A stretch of DNA of 64,000 nucleotides from Candidatus Cybelea sp. (GTDB taxonomy: Bacteria; Vulcanimicrobiota; Vulcanimicrobiia; Vulcanimicrobiales; Vulcanimicrobiaceae). The stretch is taken from positions 292-64,291 of the forward strand of contig JBAVTZ010000173.1 in NCBI GenBank assembly GCA_049696515.1. Direction: 5' to 3'. This document shows, in pieces, positions 9,190-17,938 of the stretch. Numbering within the stretch: the first letter of the stretch is position 1; each line of letters starts with the position of its first letter. The notes under the pieces are model-generated. The model had not been told where the DNA came from. It was given only the letters and a program-made list of their open reading frames with translations, and searched no databases. The translations under genes were made by a program, and so were the position numbers.

Positions 9190-9620
9190 CGCGCTTTGCG
9201 CTGTTCCAGGCGCTGCGCTTGACGGAGCGACCTCACCGCCTCGTCAATCCGGCCGGCGCGTTTGTAGGCCACCCCGAGATTTAGGTAGGCGATCGCGTAC
9301 TCGCGGTCGCTAGCGATCGCGCGTTCGTAGTGAACGATTGCCGTCTCAACCTCGCCATCTTCGAGCAACAAATTGCCGAGGTTCGTCAACGCTGGCGGAT
9401 AATCGCCGACCTCGTCGAGCGCGGCCGTAAAATCGGCCTGAGCGAGCTCACTCAGTTCCAAGCCGATGCGCGCGACGCCGCGCTTATTGAGCAGAAAGGC
9501 GCGCTCGGTAGGGCTAAGCGACTGCTGCAGCAGCTCGGTGAACGCCGTCTCGGCGCTCGCGAACTCGCGGCGATCGAGCGCCTTCAGCGCGCAAGCAAAT
9601 CGTTCTTTGCCCCGGAACAC
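9186..9620 (-). CDS. TPR-repeat protein
   Basis: TPR-like repeats (AIAYLNLGVAYKRAGRIDEAV, ALTNLGNLLLEDGEVETAIVHYERAI). GTG at 9620 was chosen because the longer ORF would overlap trmD on the opposite strand. Confidence 0.55.
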   Translation of the reverse strand: MFRGKERFACALKALDRREFASAETAFTELLQQSLSPTERAFLLNKRGVARIGLELSELAQADFTAALDEVGDYPPALTNLGNLLLEDGEVETAIVHYERAIASDREYAIAYLNLGVAYKRAGRIDEAVRSLRQAQRLEQRKAR

Positions 9621-9629
9621 TCCTCTACC

Positions 9630-10340
9630 ATGTTCACGATTGACGTCGTCACGCTTTTTCCGGAGGTTTTTGCCCCGTTCGTTGGCCTTTCGATCCTCGG
9701 CCGCGCGGTCGAGAGCAGCGTCGCGAGCGTGCGCTACCACCATCTGCTTGACGAACTCGCAGACGGCGAGCGGGCCGACGATGCGCCCTTCGGCGGGGGC
9801 GCGGGGATGGTGTTGCGCATCGAGCCGATCGCACGAATCCTCGACCGCATCACGAGCGAGAGCCCCGACGACGAGCGACGTGCGATCGTGGTTCCAAGCC
9901 CGAGCGGAGAGCCGTTTGCCCAGGCTCAAGCCGAGCGCTGGGCGAGCCTGGACCGCCTGATTATCGTCTGCGGTCACTACGAAGGCATTGATGACCGGCT
10001 AGCCGCGCTCTACCCGGTGGAGGAGTGGTCGCTGGGGGATTTCGTGCTCACGGGCGGCGAGATTCCAGCCCTGGCATTCATGGATGCGACGATCCGGTTG
10101 GTGACCGGAGCGCTACGCCCCGAATCCCTGGAAAGCGAGTCATTCGCTGCCGGTATGCTCGACTACCCAAGCTTCACCCGGCCGGCGACCTTTCGTGGGG
10201 TCGACGTCCCGGCGGTACTGCTTTCGGGCAACCACGCCAAGATCGCCCAATGGCGGCGCGAGCAGTCGCGCCTTCGCACCGCCGCCCGTCGCCGCGACCT
10301 CCTCGGCAACGCCTTGCACCGCGAGGAAGGGCCATGTTAG
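9630..10340 (+). CDS. trmD: tRNA (guanine37-N1)-methyltransferase
   Basis: MFTIDVVTLFPEVF start and the FGGGAGMVL motif. Followed by rplS. Confidence 0.9.
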   Translation: MFTIDVVTLFPEVFAPFVGLSILGRAVESSVASVRYHHLLDELADGERADDAPFGGGAGMVLRIEPIARILDRITSESPDDERRAIVVPSPSGEPFAQAQAERWASLDRLIIVCGHYEGIDDRLAALYPVEEWSLGDFVLTGGEIPALAFMDATIRLVTGALRPESLESESFAAGMLDYPSFTRPATFRGVDVPAVLLSGNHAKIAQWRREQSRLRTAARRRDLLGNALHREEGPC

Positions 10341-10428
10341 GATACGGTGGTTGTGCCGGGCTCCTGCCCGGCTATTCGTTGCGCGCTACCCCCTCCGATC
10401 GACCGCCTACCGTGCTCCTTCGGCCAGC

Positions 10429-10450
10429 CCTTCGACACCGCTCAGGATGA
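10429..10450 (+). repeat. degenerate half-copy of the 28-bp REP-like element
   Basis: ccttcgacaccgctcaggatga matches the 59259 unit at 21 of 22 positions. The 5' stem arm is missing. Confidence 0.6.
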
Positions 10451-10454
10451 AAGT

Positions 10455-10820
10455 ATGAACGTCATCGATGTCCTCAATCGCGATCAGCTTAAAGAGGCCG
10501 TCCCCAAGTTTCGAGCCGGGGATACGGTAAAAGTCTATTCCAAAGTCGTCGAGGGCGGCAAAGAACGCACTCAGATGTTCGAAGGCGTCGTCATCGTTCG
10601 CAAGGGCGGCGGCGCGGCCGAGTCGATCACCGTCCGTCGCATCGCTCACGGGGTTGGCGTCGAGAAGACCTTCCTTTTGCACAGTCCCCGCGTCGAGCGC
10701 ATTGAGGTCGGTAAGCGAGGCGTCGTCGCTCGCAGCCGCCTTTACTACTTGAGCGAGAAGGTCGGAAAAGCCGCCCGAATCAAGGAAAAGAAAGTCAAAG
10801 GGCCTGACTCGCCGCTCTGA
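10455..10820 (+). CDS. rplS: 50S ribosomal protein L19
   Basis: [12 protein letters not shown] ... FRAGDTVKV ... [12 protein letters not shown]. The internal ATG was chosen; the upstream ORF extension reads through the repeat. Confidence 0.95.
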   Translation: MNVIDVLNRDQLKEAVPKFRAGDTVKVYSKVVEGGKERTQMFEGVVIVRKGGGAAESITVRRIAHGVGVEKTFLLHSPRVERIEVGKRGVVARSRLYYLSEKVGKAARIKEKKVKGPDSPL

Positions 10821-10825
10821 CACCA

Positions 10826-11554
10826 TTGCAGCTGATAGGGCTACTCTGCGTCTTCACGATGGCGCGATTCGCACTATCGGCCAAGCCGTTCGCGAGCCCC
10901 AAAGCATACGCGCCGGCTGCTGCGGCCCGCAGTTACCTCGACGCACTGATCGTCGCCGGACTGATCGCGCTCTTTCTGGTCACCTTCGTGATTCGCACGT
11001 TCTACATTCCATCGGTCTCGATGGTTCCGACGTTGCGGGTTCGCGACATTCTTCTGGTAGATGAAATCGCATATCGTTTTCACCGGCCCGCCTCCGGAGA
11101 GATCGCCGTCTTCACCCCGCCGGTCGAATCGGGCGGCAACGATTTCGTGAAGCGCGTCATCGGCGTCCCGGGAGACGCCATAAGAATTTTCAACGGGACC
11201 GTCTACCGGAATGGCGCACCGCTGCACGAACCATACGAGAACCAGCCGCCGAGCTACAATTTGGCGATTCGGGATTACGGTATCTACGTCGACGGCAGTT
11301 CGCTCGATCCGCGAGTGGCAAACGTCCCTCCGCGCGGGCTCTGGCAGCTTCCGGACCGCGTACCGGAGGGTTTCTATTTCGTGCTCGGCGACAATCGTAA
11401 CTACTCGGACGACTCGCACGTTTGGGGATTCGCCCAGACAAGCGGAGTTTTCGCCGGCGGCCCTTTAGCCGCGAAGAAGGTGCGCGCGCACTTTGTGGGC
11501 AGGGCCTTCCTGATTCTTTGGCCACTGGACCGCCTCAGCGTTTTGGAGAGATAG
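10826..11554 (+). CDS. lepB: signal peptidase I (paralog 1)
   Basis: Catalytic boxes SVSMVPTL, KRVIGVPGD, GDNRNYSDDSH. Start is TTG at 10826 or ATG at 10859. Confidence 0.85.
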   Translation: MQLIGLLCVFTMARFALSAKPFASPKAYAPAAAARSYLDALIVAGLIALFLVTFVIRTFYIPSVSMVPTLRVRDILLVDEIAYRFHRPASGEIAVFTPPVESGGNDFVKRVIGVPGDAIRIFNGTVYRNGAPLHEPYENQPPSYNLAIRDYGIYVDGSSLDPRVANVPPRGLWQLPDRVPEGFYFVLGDNRNYSDDSHVWGFAQTSGVFAGGPLAAKKVRAHFVGRAFLILWPLDRLSVLER

Positions 11555-11560
11555 CAGAAT

Positions 11561-12295
11561 ATGACGCCGTATGAGTTGCTTGCAATCGTAGCGGTGATCG
11601 GCGCCGCGCGGGCGATCCTCTCATTGCGTCCGGTGGTTGCGGTCTCCTCAGGCCGCAGCACTTCCATTGCCCGAGAGTTTCTCGATCCGTTCATCATCGC
11701 CGGCATCGCAGCCTGGATTCTTATTACCTTCGTCGCCCGGACCTACTACATTCCATCGGGTTCGATGCTCCCGACGCTGCAGATCCACGACGTTTTGCTG
11801 GTGGACAAGTTCGAATACCGCTTCCGCGCGCCGCGCGAAGGCGACATCGTGGTTTTTCCACCCCCGGTTCCGACGCCCGACGATTTCATCAAGCGGGTAA
11901 TCGGTCGTCCCGGCGACACCTTGCGCATAGCCGGCGGCACCGTTTTCGTCAACGGCAAGGGACTCATCGAGCCATACGTGGCTGAAAAGCCGGCCTACGC
12001 CTTAGAGGTGCGCAACTACGGGATCTGGGTAAGCTATGGTGCGAGCTGGCAACGCCTCGATCCCAGCACCGCCAACGTTCCGCCGGCGTCACTTTGGACC
12101 GCGCCCGATCGCATTCCGCCCCACTGCTACATCATGCTCGGGGACAATCGCAACGACTCCGAGGACTCGCACATCTGGGGATTCGCGCAAGACGCCGGAC
12201 GCTTTGCAAGCGGGCAGCGCGCGGGGGGACGGGGCGGCTTTACCGGGCACGCCTTTCTTATCTTTTGGCCTCCCTCGCAAGCCAAGATTCTTTAG
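11561..12295 (+). CDS. lepB: signal peptidase I (paralog 2)
   Basis: SGSMLPTL, KRVIGRPGD, GDNRNDSEDSH. Confidence 0.85.
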   Translation: MTPYELLAIVAVIGAARAILSLRPVVAVSSGRSTSIAREFLDPFIIAGIAAWILITFVARTYYIPSGSMLPTLQIHDVLLVDKFEYRFRAPREGDIVVFPPPVPTPDDFIKRVIGRPGDTLRIAGGTVFVNGKGLIEPYVAEKPAYALEVRNYGIWVSYGASWQRLDPSTANVPPASLWTAPDRIPPHCYIMLGDNRNDSEDSHIWGFAQDAGRFASGQRAGGRGGFTGHAFLIFWPPSQAKIL

Positions 12296-12318
12296 GACGC
12301 TAAGCGAAGTCGGACCAC

Positions 12319-12828
12319 GTGGTCCGCTTCTTGCGATGGAGAACGGTTGCGAACCTGGCGCTGCAGCTCACCGTGCTCGCATTGTTGGTCGCTGCCTTCT
12401 TCGTACGCTTGCCTCAAGTCTCGGGTCTGTCAATGGAGCCGCACATACGTTCCGGTGAATACGTCGTGATTAACACCTTCGCATATCGAATCGGCGTTCC
12501 GCGACGCGGCGAAATCGTGGCTTTTCGCCACGAGGGCGATGCGCGCGCGGTCTTCATCAAGCGCGTCATCGGCACACCCGGCGACCACATTCGAATCGAT
12601 CGCGGTCAAGTCTCCGTTAACGGCAGCAAGCTCGTGGAGCTGTACGTGCAGCACCCCGACGATCGTAGTTTCGCCGAGCTCGTCGTGCCGCCGCGCTCGG
12701 TTTACGTGCTTGGCGATAACCGAGCCGACAGTGAAGACTCGCGTCTCTTCGGCCCGGTGGGCGACGAACGTTTGATCGGCCGCGCAATTGCCGGTATCTG
12801 GCCGCCCCGCATGTTGGGCGGGCTATGA
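12319..12828 (+). CDS. lepB: signal peptidase I (short paralog 3)
   Basis: GLSMEPHI, KRVIGTPGD, GDNRADSEDSR. 169 aa. Confidence 0.8.
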   Translation: MVRFLRWRTVANLALQLTVLALLVAAFFVRLPQVSGLSMEPHIRSGEYVVINTFAYRIGVPRRGEIVAFRHEGDARAVFIKRVIGTPGDHIRIDRGQVSVNGSKLVELYVQHPDDRSFAELVVPPRSVYVLGDNRADSEDSRLFGPVGDERLIGRAIAGIWPPRMLGGL

Positions 12829-12854
12829 CCGTTTTCTAGAATCGCTGGGAACTG

Positions 12855-13673
12855 GTGGATTTGGAGTTGGAGCGGCAGGTTCAATGGTATCCCGGTCACA
12901 TGGCAAAGGCGGCGCGCCGAATCCGCGAGTTTCTGCGCTCCATCGACATCGTGGTTGAGGTCGTTGATGCACGCATTCCCAGCAGCGGGCGCAACCCGCT
13001 GCTCGACGAGCTTGCCGCCAAGCGAATTCGCGTCATCGCGTTGAATCGCGAGGACTTGGCCGATCCCGCCACGACCAAACGATGGCTGGATGAATTCTCA
13101 CATCAGGGAGCCACTGCAGTTGCCGTCGACGGGCGAGCCAAGCGCAACGCGGCGCGCGTTGCCGCCGCGCTCAGCGCGGCAGCAGCCCACCAAGCGTCAT
13201 CGGCCGGGATCTCGCGCGCCATGATCGTTGGGCTGCCCAACTCCGGGAAATCAACGATCGTCAACGCCCTCCTCCGGCGAGCGGCCGCGAAGACGGAGGA
13301 CCGCGCCGGCGTAACCCGGCAGATGCAATGGTTTCGTCTCTCGCCTAACGTGGAGCTGATGGACACGCCAGGCGTGCTTCCGCCCAAGATTCCTACCGCC
13401 GCCGCTCAATGGAAGCTAGCGATCTGCGGCGCGGTACCGCGCGACCGCTACGATCCCCAGGAAGTGGCCGCTGCGTTCCATAGCTGGCTCCTGGCTTGCA
13501 GGCCCCACACCAACGTGCCCGACCTGCAAAGTTTCGCGGCCGCGCGCGGATTTATGCGCCGCGGCGGGCAGGTCGATTATCACAACGCGGCTCAGTCGTA
13601 TATTCGTGAGTTCAACGACGGCGGGTTCGGGCGGATTTCGCTAGAGGTTCCCGGTGACGCCGAAACAGCGTAA
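12855..13673 (+). CDS. rbgA: ribosome biogenesis GTPase A (YlqF/RbgA)
   Basis: WYPGHMAKA; circularly permuted G motifs NRED, GLPNSGKST, DTPG. GTG start. Confidence 0.85.
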   Translation: MDLELERQVQWYPGHMAKAARRIREFLRSIDIVVEVVDARIPSSGRNPLLDELAAKRIRVIALNREDLADPATTKRWLDEFSHQGATAVAVDGRAKRNAARVAAALSAAAAHQASSAGISRAMIVGLPNSGKSTIVNALLRRAAAKTEDRAGVTRQMQWFRLSPNVELMDTPGVLPPKIPTAAAQWKLAICGAVPRDRYDPQEVAAAFHSWLLACRPHTNVPDLQSFAAARGFMRRGGQVDYHNAAQSYIREFNDGGFGRISLEVPGDAETA

Positions 13674-14397
13674 GGCCAAGAGCGCCTACGAGCGCGAACG
13701 GCGGCGCTTGCACCGCTTGCATCGCTTTGAGTACGCGGCCCGCGACCAAGGATTCAGCCTCGTGGGCGGAATCGACGAGGTCGGGCGCGGCCCGCTCGCC
13801 GGCCCCGTGGTAGCCGCCTGCGTCGTGGCGTCGCAGCCGCTCTTCATCAAGGGGTTGAACGATTCAAAACAGGTTCGCCCACAAGCCCGAGCCGAAATCG
13901 CCGAGGTGATCAAGGTGCGCGCGACGGCGTGGGCGGTGGGCAGCGCGTGCGTCGCCGAGATCGATCGCCTGAATATCTATTGGGCGAGCATCCTCGCTAT
14001 GGAGCGTGCGATTGCCGCGCTCACATCCGCGCCGGAGTACTTGATTACGGATGCGGTACGAATTCGATCCTTCTTGGGACCGCAGGAGCCCCTAATTCGT
14101 GGCGATGCGCGCTGTGCGGTCGTCGCGGCCGCATCGATTGTGGCGAAAGTCTTCCGTGACGCGCTGATGGTCGACCTCGATAAAGAAGACTCGCGCTACG
14201 GCTACGCGTTCCATAAAGGCTATTCGACGCCTCACCATCTCGAAGCGTTGCGCGTTCACGGCCCGAGCATCCACCATCGGGCAAACTGGGCGCGCGTACG
14301 CGACGCGCAACTCGCGCTCGGCTTGGACTCGTTGGAAGCGCTCGAAGCGTACGCCGATCACGCCGCCCAGGAATACGATGCGCCAGCCCCCGGATAG
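13654..14397 (+). CDS. rnhB: ribonuclease HII
   Basis: GIDEVGRGPLAGPV active-site motif. The start is uncertain: GTG at 13654 overlaps the rbgA end. Confidence 0.9.
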   Translation: MTPKQRKAKSAYERERRRLHRLHRFEYAARDQGFSLVGGIDEVGRGPLAGPVVAACVVASQPLFIKGLNDSKQVRPQARAEIAEVIKVRATAWAVGSACVAEIDRLNIYWASILAMERAIAALTSAPEYLITDAVRIRSFLGPQEPLIRGDARCAVVAAASIVAKVFRDALMVDLDKEDSRYGYAFHKGYSTPHHLEALRVHGPSIHHRANWARVRDAQLALGLDSLEALEAYADHAAQEYDAPAPG

Positions 14398-14725
14398 CAG
14401 TGCAAAGGGGCGGATCGGCGAGGATCGAGCGACCAGCTACCTCGCGGCTTGCGGCTATCGCGTGCTCGCACGCAACGTGCGCGTTCCGGGCGGCGAGATC
14501 GACGCCGTCTGCCTCGATGGACCAACACTCGTGATCGTTGAAGTTAAAGCCCGCGATTCCCGAAAATTTGGCTCCGCGTTGCGTGCGGTCGACGCTCGCA
14601 AACGCGCGACGCTCCGCCGAATCGCTGCAGATTACGCGCAGATCGTGGCGCCATCCGCCAAGATACGATTCGACGTCGTCACCTTGGACGGCCAACACCT
14701 GACCCTGCATCGAAACGCCTTTTAG
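14378..14725 (+). CDS. yraN: YraN-family (UPF0102) endonuclease-like protein
   Basis: GEDRATSYL ... GGEIDAV ... VIVEVKAR. Conserved position after rnhB. Confidence 0.8.
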   Translation: MRQPPDSSAKGRIGEDRATSYLAACGYRVLARNVRVPGGEIDAVCLDGPTLVIVEVKARDSRKFGSALRAVDARKRATLRRIAADYAQIVAPSAKIRFDVVTLDGQHLTLHRNAF

Positions 14726-14773
14726 GAGCGTTCACTACTTGACGACCGCGACATCCGAGGCACGCCACCAGTC

Positions 14774-16390
14774 GTGATCAGCACCAAGAAGGAGCTGCGC
14801 CGCACCGTCACTCCGTGGGGCTCCTTTTCTTGGGGCTATTCCGACGTCGGCGCGGATATTTTCGTCGGGCTGGGATTGGTGCTGGCTTGGGCCGCCGGCG
14901 CCTCCAACGTCGCTTTTCTCTTTGCCGGAGTCGTCTACGTCTGCATCGGGCTAGCGTACACCGAGCTGGCGGCGACCTATCCGGTAGCCGGCGGCGGCCA
15001 GTACTTCGTGATGCGCGGGCTTGGCGATATCTTTGGTTTTATCGCCGGCTGGGCGGTGCTGCTCGACTTTACGATCGACATCACGCTCTTCGCTTGGACT
15101 TCGGTCGATTATTCCAGCCAACTTCTGCCGGCACTGGTCAATTCGACCAATCCCTGGCTCCACTTTATTGTAGTGCTGGGTCTCGTCATCGGGCTCTGCC
15201 TGCTCAACGTGCGAGGCGTGCGCGAAAGCACCGCGTTTAACGGCGTCATCTCGGCAATCGACGTGATCAGCGAGAGCTGCATCCTTTGCTTGGGATTCCT
15301 CTTTGCATTTCGGCCGCAGCTGCTGATCCATACCATGCAATTCCACTGGCCGTCCTCGCATTCACTGATGCTCGGCACGTCGCTCGCGATCATTTCGTTC
15401 GTCGGCCTCGAATCGATCTCGCAGGCGGCGCAGGAGACGCAGCGCCCGGCCTCGATCATTCCGCGCACTTCTGTCGCATTAATTCTTACGATCCTGATTT
15501 TTGCGCTGGCGTACTCCAATCTGGCGCTCGGCCTACAGCCTTGGCATCCGATCGTGGATGCGGCCGGCCACCCGCAGCAGTTTTGGCAAATCTTTCCCCA
15601 CAACGCCGATAACCAAGGCAAGGCCGTCGCGCTGCTGGCCGCGCAGGTACCGTACTACGGCGCCTTCGCGGCGCTCTACGTCCCGGTGCTGGGTGCGGTG
15701 CTGCTCTTGATCTCTGCCAATTCGGGCGTCTTCGGCAGCTCGCGAATCGCGTACGCGATGAGCACCAGCAACCTGCTGCCTTCGATCTTCCAGCGCGTGA
15801 ACGATCGGTTCCGGACGCCGGTGATTTCGATCGTTTTCTTCTCCTCGATCGCCGTAATCGAGCTGATCTTTGCCGCGGCGCCCGGCCTCTTTCCTTCGGT
15901 AGCCAAGCTCTACGCGGGCTTTTTTCACGGCGAAAATGGCCTTGCATTTCTTGCCGATCTTTACGCCTTCGGCGCGGCCACGAGCTACTCGTTCGTTTTC
16001 CTCGGCTTGATCGGCTTGCGACTCACGGATCCGCTCAGCCCCCGCAAGTTCAAAATCCCCTTGAACATCCCGATGCGCTTCCGAGGAGAATCGGTCGAGT
16101 TCCCGGTGGTTGCCGTCATCGGTTTTATCGGAATCTTCTCGATCCTGATCTTTACGCTTCAGACGCACGCGCTCGGCCGCATCTTTGGGCCCGGCTGGTT
16201 GTTGCTCGGGCTAATCCTCTACCTCGTCTATCGCCGCCATCGGCGGTTGCCGGTGCTTCGCTCCCAGCCGCGGGATTGGGTGCGCGCGCAGACCGAAGTG
16301 CTACGCCGGGCCGGCGAAGTGGAACTATTGGACGATTACCTGGCCAACATCAAGGCACGCGATCAGCGCCGAGCGGGACACAACGCCTAG
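14774..16390 (+). CDS. APC-family amino acid permease
   Basis: 538 aa with about 12 hydrophobic spans and APC-like N-terminal segments. GTG start. Confidence 0.8.
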   Translation: MISTKKELRRTVTPWGSFSWGYSDVGADIFVGLGLVLAWAAGASNVAFLFAGVVYVCIGLAYTELAATYPVAGGGQYFVMRGLGDIFGFIAGWAVLLDFTIDITLFAWTSVDYSSQLLPALVNSTNPWLHFIVVLGLVIGLCLLNVRGVRESTAFNGVISAIDVISESCILCLGFLFAFRPQLLIHTMQFHWPSSHSLMLGTSLAIISFVGLESISQAAQETQRPASIIPRTSVALILTILIFALAYSNLALGLQPWHPIVDAAGHPQQFWQIFPHNADNQGKAVALLAAQVPYYGAFAALYVPVLGAVLLLISANSGVFGSSRIAYAMSTSNLLPSIFQRVNDRFRTPVISIVFFSSIAVIELIFAAAPGLFPSVAKLYAGFFHGENGLAFLADLYAFGAATSYSFVFLGLIGLRLTDPLSPRKFKIPLNIPMRFRGESVEFPVVAVIGFIGIFSILIFTLQTHALGRIFGPGWLLLGLILYLVYRRHRRLPVLRSQPRDWVRAQTEVLRRAGEVELLDDYLANIKARDQRRAGHNA

Positions 16391-16398
16391 TGTTACTC

Positions 16399-16578
16399 AT
16401 GCGCGCCGTGCTTGCCGTGGTAACGATCGCCTGCGGGATCGTGATCCTCGCTCGAATGTTAGCGCTGGCGGGCACCGGCGGCTTCGCAATTGTTCCCGGC
16501 GTCGTGCTGGGTGGTGCGATGATTGCGCTGGGTGCGCACCGCATTTCGCTGATCCTACGGGCACGAGGGATCCCGTGA
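16399..16578 (+). CDS. small two-TM membrane protein
   Basis: MRAVLAVVTIACGIVILARML ... Its stop overlaps the next start (GTGA). An alternative GTG lies at 16390. Confidence 0.4.
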   Translation: MRAVLAVVTIACGIVILARMLALAGTGGFAIVPGVVLGGAMIALGAHRISLILRARGIP

Positions 16579-17204
16579 TCTCGTTGTCGAGCGACGTTCA
16601 CGTCACTCTCGCGGGCGCGCTCATCGCGCTGTTTATTGCAGCCGCGATCGGAGCCACGCTGTGGTGGATGCTGCATCCGCCGACCTCTTACGTACAGCGT
16701 GTTGCGGCGCGGGCCGAGAGCGAGCTTGAGCGAATGGTCGGCAGCTTGATCGTCGTCTTCTCACCGGAGATCGACTCGAGCCATATGCTCGCACTGGCGG
16801 TGAAGCTCGCTCGCGGCGAGCGATCCGACCTGCTCGCGCTCTACGTGATCGAAGTTCCGTATACGTTGCCGCCCGATGCCGATATGGCGGTGGAGGAACG
16901 CGCGGCACTAGTCGCGCTGGGCGCAGCCGAGACGATCGCCAACAAGAGCAACGTAACGATTCGAACCGCAACCGTCAAAGCTCGCTCGACAAAACAAGCG
17001 GTCCTGGACGTCGCCAAACGGGAAAAAGCGAACCTGATCATTCTTGGTTCGTTCCGCGAGGGGAAGTATAGCGGCGCGCCGCTCGGCCGCACGATCGAGG
17101 AGATTGCGGCCGATGCAAAATGCGATGTGCTCATCGGCGTCGAAGGTAAGCACGGCACGCTCTTGATCGATGAAAGTGTTCGATCCGGCTCGCAGCCGGT
17201 TTGA
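16575..17204 (+). CDS. membrane-anchored universal stress protein (UspA family)
   Basis: N-terminal TM followed by a Usp fold pattern (LIVVFSPEIDSS ... ANLIILGSFREGKYSGAPLGRT ... CDVLIGV). Confidence 0.7.
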   Translation: MISLSSDVHVTLAGALIALFIAAAIGATLWWMLHPPTSYVQRVAARAESELERMVGSLIVVFSPEIDSSHMLALAVKLARGERSDLLALYVIEVPYTLPPDADMAVEERAALVALGAAETIANKSNVTIRTATVKARSTKQAVLDVAKREKANLIILGSFREGKYSGAPLGRTIEEIAADAKCDVLIGVEGKHGTLLIDESVRSGSQPV

Positions 17205-17221
17205 CCTCTGGGAGGAAGTTC

Positions 17222-17902
17222 TTGAAATCCAAAACTTTGGCGTCGCTCTTAGGCGCGATCCTTACCGCGACCTTAGCCGGCGCGTTATGCGTGGCCGGCA
17301 GCGCACGGGCCGATAACTCAGCGCCCGCGATTGCCGCGTTCAATCAGATGTTCGCCGGCATCAACGACTATACGGTCGTGCTGCACGTTCACGAGGCCAA
17401 GGGAAATGCAACCCAGGATCGCGTCTACCAATACTCATTCATGAAGCCGCATTATGCCAGAACCCTGATTCTCGACGGTGACCAAAAGGGCGCCGGCGGC
17501 GTTTGGGTCGGCACCGATCAGATCAGCGGTCACCAAGGCGGCCTTTTTTCCGGCATACATCTCAAGGTCGATATTCACGATCCTCGGGCCGTGTCGCTGC
17601 GCGGCGTCACCATTCCCGAGGGACTGTTGCAGCGGATCGTACAAGACTACGCGACCATCCCCGGAAAGCTTACGCAAACCGACGGCGGCAAGATCGGCTC
17701 CGTTCCCACCGATCGTCTCGATCTAAAAGTTACCGACCCTTCCACCAACGCAGCCATCTCCGAGCAGATACTCTATCTCTCAAAAGATACGCACTGGCCG
17801 ATCCGCCAGATCCTCTACTCGGGCTCGCAGATCGTGCTCGACGAAACCGTCAACGACCTCAAAACCAATAGCGGCCTGACGCAGTCAGACTTCCCGTTCT
17901 AA
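17222..17902 (+). CDS. exported protein, possibly LolA-like/DUF1571-like fold
   Basis: GGGAGG lies 6 nt upstream of the TTG at 17222. Signal peptide KSKTLASLLGAILTATLAGALCVAGSARA. The family call is tentative. Confidence 0.5.
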   Translation: MKSKTLASLLGAILTATLAGALCVAGSARADNSAPAIAAFNQMFAGINDYTVVLHVHEAKGNATQDRVYQYSFMKPHYARTLILDGDQKGAGGVWVGTDQISGHQGGLFSGIHLKVDIHDPRAVSLRGVTIPEGLLQRIVQDYATIPGKLTQTDGGKIGSVPTDRLDLKVTDPSTNAAISEQILYLSKDTHWPIRQILYSGSQIVLDETVNDLKTNSGLTQSDFPF

Positions 17903-17938
17903 CAGATAGTATCGCCATTCCGACGTGAGGTATTTTCG

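Noticed and set aside
9621-9977. Upstream part of the 263-aa ORF containing the TPR gene.
   Set aside because: It would overlap trmD antisense by more than 100 nt and translates to non-TPR, Arg/Asp-rich sequence. The TPR repeats begin after the GTG at 9620.
10347-10454. Upstream extension of the rplS ORF ([12 protein letters not shown]...[13 protein letters not shown]).
   Set aside because: It reads through the REP-like repeat. The canonical L19 N-terminus starts at the ATG at 10455.
17905-17914. TAGTATCGCC upstream of the beta-propeller lipoprotein gene, a 9 of 10 match to the TAGTATCGTC tandem unit.
   Set aside because: It is a single near-match of a 10-mer. Related 7-mers (GTATCGT) also occur inside coding regions, consistent with chance.
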